The notes beneath the pieces were generated by a model that was given only the letters and a program-made list of their open reading frames with translations, was not told the DNA's origin and made no database searches. 35,285 bases of DNA from the NCBI GenBank assembly GCA_046538485.1, contig JBKHIT010000053.1:1-35285 (forward strand), given 5' to 3'. Made by a program: the position numbers and the translations under genes. The stretch is from Candidatus Brocadiia bacterium (GTDB lineage: Bacteria > Planctomycetota > Brocadiia > SM23-32). Positions 26,925-35,285 of this stretch are shown in pieces (the first letter of the stretch is position 1; each line of letters begins with the position of its first letter).

Positions 26925-29900
26925 TCATTCACCCAGCAGAGTGTCAAGTTTATCCTCTTCGGTGTTTTGCCTCTGTTGCTGACGTTTCTTCCTCTCCTGT
27001 TTGTAGCGGTCCTCCCCGGGGAGATCGATGGGTTCAATATCCTCTCGCCATTTACCGTCGGGTGTCATGAATTCGTCCTGCACCTTGCGGTACATCTCAG
27101 CATATGAAGATACTTTGTGGGACGCCTCGAGAACGCCCATTCGGTGTCGGAACATCCAGCGGTATTCTTGTTCTTTGTTGAGCGCTCTTACTCGTTCGTA
27201 CACGGGGTTGCCGAACTTTTCGCCGACTTTTTTCTTCACCGTCGGCGGCCACGATTTTAGATGGGCATAATTCTGACTCCCAAAATCTTCCATAACCCAG
27301 TTCATGATGTACCAGAACCGGTCCAGGCCCCACATGATGTGCAACCCTTTCCGCCCACTGTGTCGGACGCCCGAACGAACGCCGGAATACGGCAGTATGG
27401 CATCGCAGGGATGTTCGCAGTAGGTCAGAATATCCGGGCTGAGAACGTGGTGCCGGTAATACCGCATGGCTTTGACGGAGCGGAGACGCCGCCCGAACGC
27501 ATCCAGGTAGAACATCGTCACCCCCCTGTCCATCATCCGGCGGTAACGCCGCTCCATGGATTTCAGGTGCTGGAGGTTTTCGGGATCAAGGACCAGAATA
27601 TTGTCGGTCTCCCAGCGCCACCGGTAATTCATCACTCCTGCGCGTCCCACAGTCACGCCATATTGCCGACCGGCCTGTTTGAAAATTTTATCGATGATTT
27701 CCCAGTTTTCCGCTACACAACGGGGTAGCAGATCAAAATCGCTCCGGAACAGCATGCCACGCGGTTGATAACCGCACTGACCCCATACGATCGGCCCTGT
27801 ACCATTGGCCTTATTCATAATGGCAACTGTTCGTTCGGCCCATCTTCGGGCGCCCTCGGGCGTGTCAATGCGTCCATGGCGATGGTATGCCAGCGGATTG
27901 GTATCTGACCGCCATGGACCACCCGGAGTGGAAATCATCTGCTGGGTCGCAAGCCGATGGTCGACATTGTAGTGAGGTTTCGTGCTATGCAACGCATCGA
28001 AATATTCACGGTACGGTTCCATAAGATGTTTCCAGTTGCGATTGGTGCTGAGACGAAGTTTTAGATAAAACGTCCGCGCTCCGCCGGGAGGAATGGGTTT
28101 CTGAGCGCTGTAGCGCAGACGCCGGGTCTTGCTTCCCCAGCCCCCCTGCCAGTTGGTCAACGTGCGGGTAAGACCGGTATGCAGCGGTGTGGCACCAACC
28201 CCGTACTGTTCGTCCGCTCCATAGCTCCCGGCAATCCGGTTCGACCATCCCGGGTGCATGTGCCCGAGATCGTTTCGCCCTTTGGGATGCACAAGCCAGC
28301 CCCACTTGCTGTGTTTGGACAGTTGGTCCCTGTCGGCTTCTCCCTGGAAATGAAACGTCAGCTGCCCAAAAGCTGTAATGTCGATCGGAACGGAGGCGTG
28401 GTTGTTCTCAACATGGGCGCGAATTACGACATCTTCGCCCTCGAAACGATACGTAAAGGTCGTGCGCATTGATTCATGGACGTGAGTAACGCGACATGTC
28501 CGATCATCGATCCTGCGGAGGCCTTTTTTCTGAATCGGGGTCTTACCAAATGAGTCTCCAGGACTGAGCGTCTTCCACTCACCTTCCACCAGCGTCCGGT
28601 CATCCAGTGAAACCTCGTTCAAGCCATCGGCGGTTACCAGAAAACTGATACCGTCGTCGGTGCTGTATGTGAACTCAGCATCCGGATCCCCGGAATCGAT
28701 ATCGGCCGTCGCTGACGGAGGCACGCAGGAAATCTGCAGGGGAGTTTTCACCGGTTCCACGTCGGGTTTCCCGGCCCATTTCATGTTTAATTCCCCGAGT
28801 TCGCTGGCCACTTCGGGCAGAACGTCCTCACTGATCATAGCCCCCATGCGGTGGGAGTCGAGGAAATTGGTCACTTTCAATACGTTTTTACTCTCATCCG
28901 ACTCGACATTTCCGTACAAAACCGCTCCGGGAACCAGCCACCGTACGATGCGGCACAGAGACAAATCCGGTTCCAGTTGTACCTGTCCATCCTTGATCTG
29001 CGCCGGAATTATGCACGGGCTGTAGAACAGCATAGCGTCGCTGAGATGAGGCACGTATGTGGGCACATGTTCTTCCCGTTCGTTGAGAACCTGGCGAAAG
29101 TATTGCATCATCCTGAGGTCGCCCACACCAGTGCCAAAATCCTCCATGAGGAACATTCCGGCTCCCAGTTTGCGGATCGACTCGCGCAACCGGCAATGCC
29201 ACATGTGCCGGAGATGTTTTTGAATATGCGGCGCAGCATCGAGCCATTCGCACCGGTGTATGGTGGTGTGGACGGGCCACCGATCCGGTCGGCCGGTCAC
29301 TCCTACTATCAACCCGCTCTCTCTCAGCGGTCCGGCAATGAAATTCTTGACGTTCTCATGAACGCTCGGCGGTGCCATGTGAAACATGGCCGCATACTCG
29401 AGCCCCTTGGGATCGTATCCACCGAGTTGGCGGAAAACAAGCCCGCGAGCGTTAGCCTTTTTTAGATCGGGAAGAATTCCGTCAACGTAATCCCGAACAT
29501 ATTGTGGACGATCAAAACGCACCTCCCCGTGGGCATATCCGAGCGGATTGTCCGGGGTCTTCGACTCTCCCCAGGGACCGGGAGCGCAGTTCCACAACGT
29601 CGTTCCGCTCCCCTCCCCCGGCTTCACCGGTTGGGTACGGACCGGATGATAGATAATCGGTCGAATGTCATACGGATAACGGACTTCGCCGAACATAGCC
29701 GCCAGGCGGCGTCTCCAGGGTCCCAATAGATATTTCCAATCGGTTTGATCGCTGAGACGAATCAGAAGCTGATAGGTGCGAGCTCCTTCGGCTTTTGCCG
29801 ACGCGGAGACTACATAGCTGAGCTGAACCGTTTCGTTCCCCCGAGATTTCTGCCACCTCAGAAGCGTGGGGGTGGTTTCGCGCGTGACCGGACACAATCC

Positions 29901-30512
29901 TATCCCGAAACTCTTACCGGTGACATAGCTGGCGCCAATGGGTGTTTCTGGTGAGGGATGGAAGAGGGCCAGTCGCTCTTTGCGAAGACGCGAGGTCGGG
30001 TGGTGCATCATCAGACCGTTGAGTTCCTCCGGCGAAACGAATTCCAGACCCCCAAACGCCGCAGCGCGGAGATCGGTCTGCCGGTTCGGGTTTTCCACCC
30101 GCGCGGCGATACGGAGATCATCCCCCTCGAATATGTAATCATACACGACGGTGAGATTGGCGTGAACGTGACGGACACGGGCCTGCTCCGCGCTGAGCTT
30201 TTTCACATCGCTCGACTCGATGGGGCCCGGCGACAGGGTTGGCGGTGTGACTGATGGCACGGGTTTTTCCGCCGCCCACATCGGACTGCTGTCCAATCGC
30301 CACCGACCTTTCGCTATCGTTCGGTCCCCGACGCGGATGGCGGTCAGACCATTTTTCGTAATGATACATGTCAGGCCCGAAGGCGTGGTATGATGGAACG
30401 AGTCATCCTCACCCGCGGTCACATCCGCCACCGACCACATCAGAAGACAGATTATTGCGGTGGCCATGACCGAGAAGTTAACTCCTCCGGTCCCATTGTT
30501 CGGCTCTCGCAT
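26925..30512 (-). CDS. Secreted 1195-aa hypothetical protein with two tandem modules, probably glycoside-hydrolase-like (beta-sandwich plus TIM barrel)
   Basis: Signal-like TAIICLLMWSVADVTA. Duplicated segments include RVRHVH..FEGDDLRIAARVEN / RVTHVH..FEGEDVVIRAHVEN, DWKYLLGPW / NWKHLMEPY and NPLGY / NPLAY. Confidence 0.7.
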   Translation of the reverse strand: MREPNNGTGGVNFSVMATAIICLLMWSVADVTAGEDDSFHHTTPSGLTCIITKNGLTAIRVGDRTIAKGRWRLDSSPMWAAEKPVPSVTPPTLSPGPIESSDVKKLSAEQARVRHVHANLTVVYDYIFEGDDLRIAARVENPNRQTDLRAAAFGGLEFVSPEELNGLMMHHPTSRLRKERLALFHPSPETPIGASYVTGKSFGIGLCPVTRETTPTLLRWQKSRGNETVQLSYVVSASAKAEGARTYQLLIRLSDQTDWKYLLGPWRRRLAAMFGEVRYPYDIRPIIYHPVRTQPVKPGEGSGTTLWNCAPGPWGESKTPDNPLGYAHGEVRFDRPQYVRDYVDGILPDLKKANARGLVFRQLGGYDPKGLEYAAMFHMAPPSVHENVKNFIAGPLRESGLIVGVTGRPDRWPVHTTIHRCEWLDAAPHIQKHLRHMWHCRLRESIRKLGAGMFLMEDFGTGVGDLRMMQYFRQVLNEREEHVPTYVPHLSDAMLFYSPCIIPAQIKDGQVQLEPDLSLCRIVRWLVPGAVLYGNVESDESKNVLKVTNFLDSHRMGAMISEDVLPEVASELGELNMKWAGKPDVEPVKTPLQISCVPPSATADIDSGDPDAEFTYSTDDGISFLVTADGLNEVSLDDRTLVEGEWKTLSPGDSFGKTPIQKKGLRRIDDRTCRVTHVHESMRTTFTYRFEGEDVVIRAHVENNHASVPIDITAFGQLTFHFQGEADRDQLSKHSKWGWLVHPKGRNDLGHMHPGWSNRIAGSYGADEQYGVGATPLHTGLTRTLTNWQGGWGSKTRRLRYSAQKPIPPGGARTFYLKLRLSTNRNWKHLMEPYREYFDALHSTKPHYNVDHRLATQQMISTPGGPWRSDTNPLAYHRHGRIDTPEGARRWAERTVAIMNKANGTGPIVWGQCGYQPRGMLFRSDFDLLPRCVAENWEIIDKIFKQAGRQYGVTVGRAGVMNYRWRWETDNILVLDPENLQHLKSMERRYRRMMDRGVTMFYLDAFGRRLRSVKAMRYYRHHVLSPDILTYCEHPCDAILPYSGVRSGVRHSGRKGLHIMWGLDRFWYIMNWVMEDFGSQNYAHLKSWPPTVKKKVGEKFGNPVYERVRALNKEQEYRWMFRHRMGVLEASHKVSSYAEMYRKVQDEFMTPDGKWREDIEPIDLPGEDRYKQERKKRQQQRQNTEEDKLDTLLGE

Positions 30513-30530
30513 TATGAGTTCTTTCTCAGG

Positions 30531-33500
30531 TTATTTGAGACGAAACATGCGGACCCCGTAACCGGGCATCGCAAAGCTGAATGCCCCCTCTTTCAAAGGA
30601 TGTTTCCTGTCGTCTTCAACATTAACGGCCTCACCCGGCTGAAGGCCGAGTTTTTGCAAATCGAACTGCGCTTTTACTCTATTGTCCCGGGGGTTCCACG
30701 TGCAAAACAGTACCATAATTTCCCCATGATGCTTGACAAGAAGCCATTTGCAGCGGGGATCGCTGGTTTTCATGGGCACGACGTCGTCCCAGTAGTTGTA
30801 GACCTCCGCGTCAGGTCGGGTGTAACCGAACTCTCCCAGAACGTCCAGCAAATTGACACGTTTGAACTTCCCGCGGATCTCATGCACCATCAGCGCGCCG
30901 AATTTGGTTCGGTGCGATCCTCCGCCCAGCGCTGTCGGTATGTTCCCCGACTTGAGACCAAGCGACTCGGTCCGCAGCAGATCTGCCGGGTATTTGGCCT
31001 GCGCGGCCCCGCCACCATAGAGCCATTCAAGATCGAGGTTGGCCTGACCGTAAACCATGTATGGTGGAAGGTGGGAATTGGTCATATGCAACATCATGAG
31101 CGGTTTTGTGGTCCGGGGAGCAAGTTGCTGGTGGATGACCCAGATCCGCCGGAGATATTCCCTGTGCCGCCAGATATTCGCCGACGGCTGGATTCGACCG
31201 TTGGGCAGTTCGTAGGCCGCCGTCGTGACCGTATCGTGGGTCGGCTTGGGAAACGTATTATCGAAATACAGCCCGATGCCCCGTCGAACAAATTCCGCGC
31301 CGCACCACAGAGCGAAGTTGAGATAGCTTCGCGGATACGCGTGGCTGCTCCACTCGTCACCAAACACACGGTCCTCGGGATGATACGCGTGTGTGGCGTG
31401 GAACTCTTCCCAGTAGGCCGTGAGGTAATCATCCGCACCACGGCTGATACGGTGGGCATGATGGAGCAGCCCCACAACCTTCTTCTTGCTCTTGTAAGTC
31501 TTGTCGCTGATATCGCCCGAGAGGTGTTCGTTGGTCCACGCTTTCATGAACTGCCCCCAGCCGCCCCCGCCGAGACGGGCTTCCTGGAGCTTGCTCAACA
31601 CGCTCGTATCCTGATCGATGGGCAGTTTGGAATACATCACGCTGGGAGAACCCCAGTACTGGGCCGCCATCCACTGGATTCGTTTGGAATTTGGGGGGCA
31701 ACTTCGGAAGAAAACGTTGCGCCAGTTTTCCGGCATCGGTTTGCCCGGTGTCGCCATGAGACCGAAGACAATTTTCCGCGGTTCCTGCAGCTTAACCGGC
31801 TTCTGCACCAGATTAACGCGCAGTATGAGACGCCCGTCCATCCGGATCAGCTCCTGACATGGCACGGGTTTCTGATCGCCCGGCGGATTGGCATTGAGCA
31901 CCCATCCGCGGTCGTTGTCTGCAAACCAGCAGATCCCCCGTTCTTCGGCTCCGACCCACAGGTAGGGATGGAAGTTACCGTAAAAACGCGGCGACGGCAG
32001 ATCGCGGCTATCCCAGACCCGCCCCGTGCCTGTCGGGGTGCTTCCGGCCGGGTTGTCGCGAATCTTGCCGACCAGGGTCGTGTGGAAAAGCGGGGCTCGA
32101 TCATCTCTCATGGGGATATCCAGCCAGAGTTTCCGAAGCTCCTGTTCATCCTGGCCCGGGCCGAGGGTCATCTCCACCTTCATTATACCATCGTATTCCG
32201 TTGTGCAGGTGGTGCTCACCGTCACCGCGGGATGGCTCGCCTCGCCCCTGTAGGTAACGCGCCGGGCGTTCTTTTCAACGAATTTCCCCGTGCCCGTAAG
32301 GGCGGTATCATCGTTGACGTTGATCGTAACCGGTCCTGCGAGAAGTTCCAGCATTTGACTCCCGGTATCGTTCCCCCGGGCGCGAACGGATTTCCAGAGT
32401 CCCAGACCATCCGATTGGTACCGGCGCATTACGACCGAGGTCACCTCATCGTCCTGCTGAACCGGTTCAAACGGCGGGTACACCTTACTGGTTATCCCCA
32501 GTCCATTGCCTTCCCAGGCGAAATATTGACGTTCAAAAGTGCGTTCGAGAACGTCTTCGTAACCCTTGAGACGGACGCGCACGGTGTATTTTCCGGCTTT
32601 CAGATCCTTACCGACCTCAAAACGTTGGCGCGCCGGGACCGTTTCCCATTCCATGGCATCGGCCAGAAGTTCCTGCCCGTCCGGTCCCGATACTTTCACC
32701 TCGGCGGTTTTGGCTGACTCCCCGTCCAGGTTGAGCTTGCGGGGATCGACCTGCAACCGGATGAACCCGTAGCTCGGGTAGTATTCGAGGCGAACGGCTT
32801 TTTCGGGTTGGGGGCCGGTTTCCTCCGCACGCCATTTCTCGCGTTTCGGTTTCCGCCAATCCATGGTGTAATCCAGGTATTTTGTCTCCGAATCGGCATC
32901 CGCCACCACCAGATGCAACTTGTGTTTGCTGTGTTCGTGGAAACTGGTGGCTTTAAACTGGTAAGGGGTGTAACCACCCGGCTTCAACTCCAGGGAGCGG
33001 GTGTCGGTTTTTCGTGGCATATCGGAGGACATCGCCACGGCGCTGATCTTGACTTTCGACGCGCGGTCGGACGGATTGTAGATGCGCGCTTCCAGTTCCA
33101 ACTTGCCCGCATACAGCTGATCGCCCAGGGACGTTATCTGCACGGATGGGTCGTCTTCGGTCAGTCGTATCCGCGGGTAACCGGCCCAGTTGCTGTAATT
33201 GCCCCCTTTCGGAAACCACGACATCTGCCCCCCCCCCGGCTCCGCTTCCAGTTGCGCACAATCAGCGCTCCGATGGTTTTTCCCACCGGATCCCCCTCCA
33301 GCCCCAGGTCTTTGAAAGAAATGCTGATTTCGGCCACCCAGATCCCATTTTCCGATTGGATGGGGCTGTTTTCATCGGTTGTTTCATGGATACCGTTGGC
33401 GAAATCCCAGTCTCCGTCACAGGCTACACTCGGGGGTTTCCCCATTATTCCGTATTTCTTGTCATAGATGGCGTCAGTGGCGTTGGCGATACACTGGACG

Positions 33501-33904
33501 TACGGAAGTTTCTGTTTTGTTTTGGACCTCCGGCCGCGATGGGCGTCGAGCCAGAGTTCGATGCCGCCCGCCCCGTAAAGTTTATCGTGGGCGGATTGTT
33601 CTTTCTTTTTGAGAGCCTGAAGCTGTACGTCCGGAGGCAATTCGCTGGCCACCGCGATGTAGAGACACTTGCGGGAGTACCCCAGCCAGGCGGCCCCCAC
33701 TTTGTCGGCCATCGCCCCTCTGTGTTTCTGAAACCCCTGGATCCGCACCGCCCCATCCCATTCTCCCGGGGCGATCCGGCCATCGATTTGAGGAGTCGTC
33801 TCGAACAGCGAGACCGTAGCCGTCCCTTTTTCGGCCGCTCCGAGCAGAGGGATGAAACAAACGAGCGCGAGAACCAGCCAACCCGGCACATTGGAGCGAT
33901 TCAT
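30531..33904 (-). pseudogene. Secreted CBM9-like plus DUF6067/glycoside-hydrolase-like gene, frameshifted at a G10 tract
   Basis: The 5' ORF (33904) has a signal peptide and a PQIDGRIAPGEW CBM9-like motif. The 3' ORF (33224-30531) has YDGIMKV, WFADNDRGW, FGLMATPGKP and GLYFDNTF. The frames switch at C10 33228-33237; G11 would give a single 1124-aa ORF. Confidence 0.78.
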
Positions 33905-34331
33905 ATCTGCCTTCTCCGTTTGTTAGAAGCACGCAATCTTGGAACGATTGGAGCAAATGCGACATAAAAACGTCGTTGACAACCGCCGCCCCATCATATC
34001 GCCTTTTTTGAAAGCCTTTGGGACTCGGCGACTCAAAAAGGAGCGCTGTTATGCTCTGTTATCTATCCTTGCGTTTTGCTCGCTTTTTGTCAAGTAATTT
34101 CAAGAGCTGCCGTATATTGGCTCAACCCCAACGTCATCCCTGGCAAGTTGCTTCGCATCAGAGCTTGCGTCCGTTTCTGGCCCGACCTCAATACCGCGAC
34201 TGTTTCGAAAGCATCTTCCAATGGTCCAATAGGACAGGACGTTGAACAGAAGCGGAGTTACATCCGCGTACGCAGGATCATCAAGCGCAGCCACTACGGC
34301 CAGCGCTCCTTCCTTACTACCCGCAGTCCCC

Positions 34332-34414
34332 TGTAAGCCGCCACCGAGAGGCGAAGCCCCGAGGGAACTTGGGCGCCCCGCGCCCAAGTGGTCGGCTTGA
34401 CTCCATTGTTAAGT
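34332..34414 (-). mobile_element. Integron attC site, truncated (R' missing)
   Basis: Minus strand: R'' ACTTAAC, spacer AATGG, L'' AGTCAAGC, internal hairpin ACTTGGGCGC/GCGCCCAAGT, L' GCTTACA. TGCGGGT stands where GTTRRRY is expected. Confidence 0.75.
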
Positions 34415-34439
34415 GATTTCATGTTCTGGAGACGATCTC

Positions 34440-34745
34440 CTATCTTGCCAGGCGTAAAATAAGTGGGGCGCCGATAAGAACGAGAAAAAATGCTCCTACA
34501 ATAATTCCAGTCAGACGCATAGCGACAGGGAGCTTCTTGTGGAAGATAGCCGAATAAAGGGTTAAGGCGATTGCGGCAGGCAGTTGGGCGACAGAAAAGA
34601 ACACTGCCGACGGCTTTGGCGTGTGAGATGTGCTGGCAGTGTTGAGAAATCCGAAAAAGAAAAACGCAAAGCAGACAAAAAAGAAACACCATAGGGCTTT
34701 GTAACTCCATCTACTTGGCTCTGTTGATCGTGAAAGCTCTTCCAT
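34440..34745 (-). CDS. Integron cassette ORF, small membrane protein (~3 TM)
   Basis: 101 aa from ATG 34745, 10 nt after the core site GTTAAGT. Stop lies 25 nt before R''. Three hydrophobic segments. Confidence 0.7.
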   Translation of the reverse strand: MEELSRSTEPSRWSYKALWCFFFVCFAFFFFGFLNTASTSHTPKPSAVFFSVAQLPAAIALTLYSAIFHKKLPVAMRLTGIIVGAFFLVLIGAPLILRLAR

Positions 34746-34755
34746 TTTTCTACTC

Positions 34756-34828
34756 ACTTAACGACAAAGGTCTGCTACTCCGGTGGAGCGCCAGCGGAAC
34801 CGGAGTTAGCAGCACCTGTTTGTTATGG
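34756..34828 (-). mobile_element. Integron attC site, complete, 73 bp
   Basis: CCATAAC-AAACA-GGTGCTGC-TAACTCCGG-16 nt-CCGGAGTA-GCAGACC-TTTGTC-GTTAAGT. Spacers are 5 and 6 bp; L'' and L' pair perfectly apart from one extra base; the upstream gene's TAA lies inside R''. Confidence 0.92.
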
Positions 34829-35194
34829 CTTTTCTTCTGAAGCTGTAACTTTGGCCAAATGCGCGGCAATAGGACCGAACAGCAACGCAATTGGTAGACC
34901 GTACCGAATTCCACCAAGGGACATACCATCAATTTCAAGGGGACACATACCTGGACCAGATGTAAGGAGGTCCAATCCCAGCAATCCCAACGTAACAATG
35001 GTCACGGCCAAAGCAATCATGAATCCTCGCTTTGGCAGGCTGGCGATGCTAATGCCCACAAGAGCGCCTACGACACCATAGAGGATTGGTATCTTCGAAC
35101 CTGAGAGATACCATGGAACGGATGCCAACACAAGCAGGCCCAAGTAGCCAATGCGAATGGCCATTTGCCAATTGTTCACTCTTTTGGTTGCCAT
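34823..35194 (-). CDS. Integron cassette ORF, small membrane protein (~4 TM)
   Basis: 123 aa. ATG lies within the core site GTTATGG (35197-35191) and the stop within R''. Four hydrophobic segments. Confidence 0.75.
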   Translation of the reverse strand: MATKRVNNWQMAIRIGYLGLLVLASVPWYLSGSKIPILYGVVGALVGISIASLPKRGFMIALAVTIVTLGLLGLDLLTSGPGMCPLEIDGMSLGGIRYGLPIALLFGPIAAHLAKVTASEEKP

Positions 35195-35282
35195 AACAGG
35201 TACCTTTTAACCTTCATTATGCTTTACGCACAAGCTACCCCTTTCGAGACCTGAAATCAAGGCCTCCATCCCGTTGTTCGGA
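35191..35282 (-). mobile_element. Degenerate or hybrid att site upstream of the first visible cassette
   Basis: TCCGAAC-AACGG-GATGGAGG (35282-35263) looks like R''-spacer-L''. Core GTTATGG is at 35197-35191, but no matching L' precedes it. Confidence 0.5.
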
Positions 35283-35285
35283 CCT

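Noticed and set aside
30390..32717. 775-aa plus-strand ORF
   Set aside because: Antisense shadow of the DUF6067-like gene, expected from GC-rich codon bias.
34040..34065. Further attC at GCATAAC on the minus strand
   Set aside because: No L''/L' pairing or correctly spaced GTT; it is only a short ATAACAG tandem repeat.

Overview
A bacterial genomic window, GC-rich in coding regions. The sulfatases, DUF3857 and DUF6067-like secreted proteins suggest a PVC/Planctomycetota-like polysaccharide degrader, but that is inference only. From left to right it contains: a REP-like repeat cluster; a cytoplasmic sulfatase and an amidohydrolase; MutS2 lacking its Smr domain; a fused tandem DUF3857/transglutaminase-like protein; a secreted beta-propeller; a MATE transporter; a small SpoIIAA-like protein; an operon of oxidoreductase, tandem kinase-like protein and glpK; ychF; a second, inverted copy of the repeat family; a four-gene operon (sulfatase, Gfo/Idh/MocA, PHP/DUF3604 metallohydrolase, Nif3); two very large secreted glycoside-hydrolase-like genes, one split by a G10 frameshift; and the end of an integron cassette array (two complete cassettes, one perfect attC, two half-attC sites, no integrase in the window). 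Highlights are the attC cassette array, the G10 frameshift, a structured ~110-bp repeat, and three unrelated proteins each built from an apparently active module plus a catalytically degenerate duplicate. Family calls come from motif recognition by eye, not from database searches.
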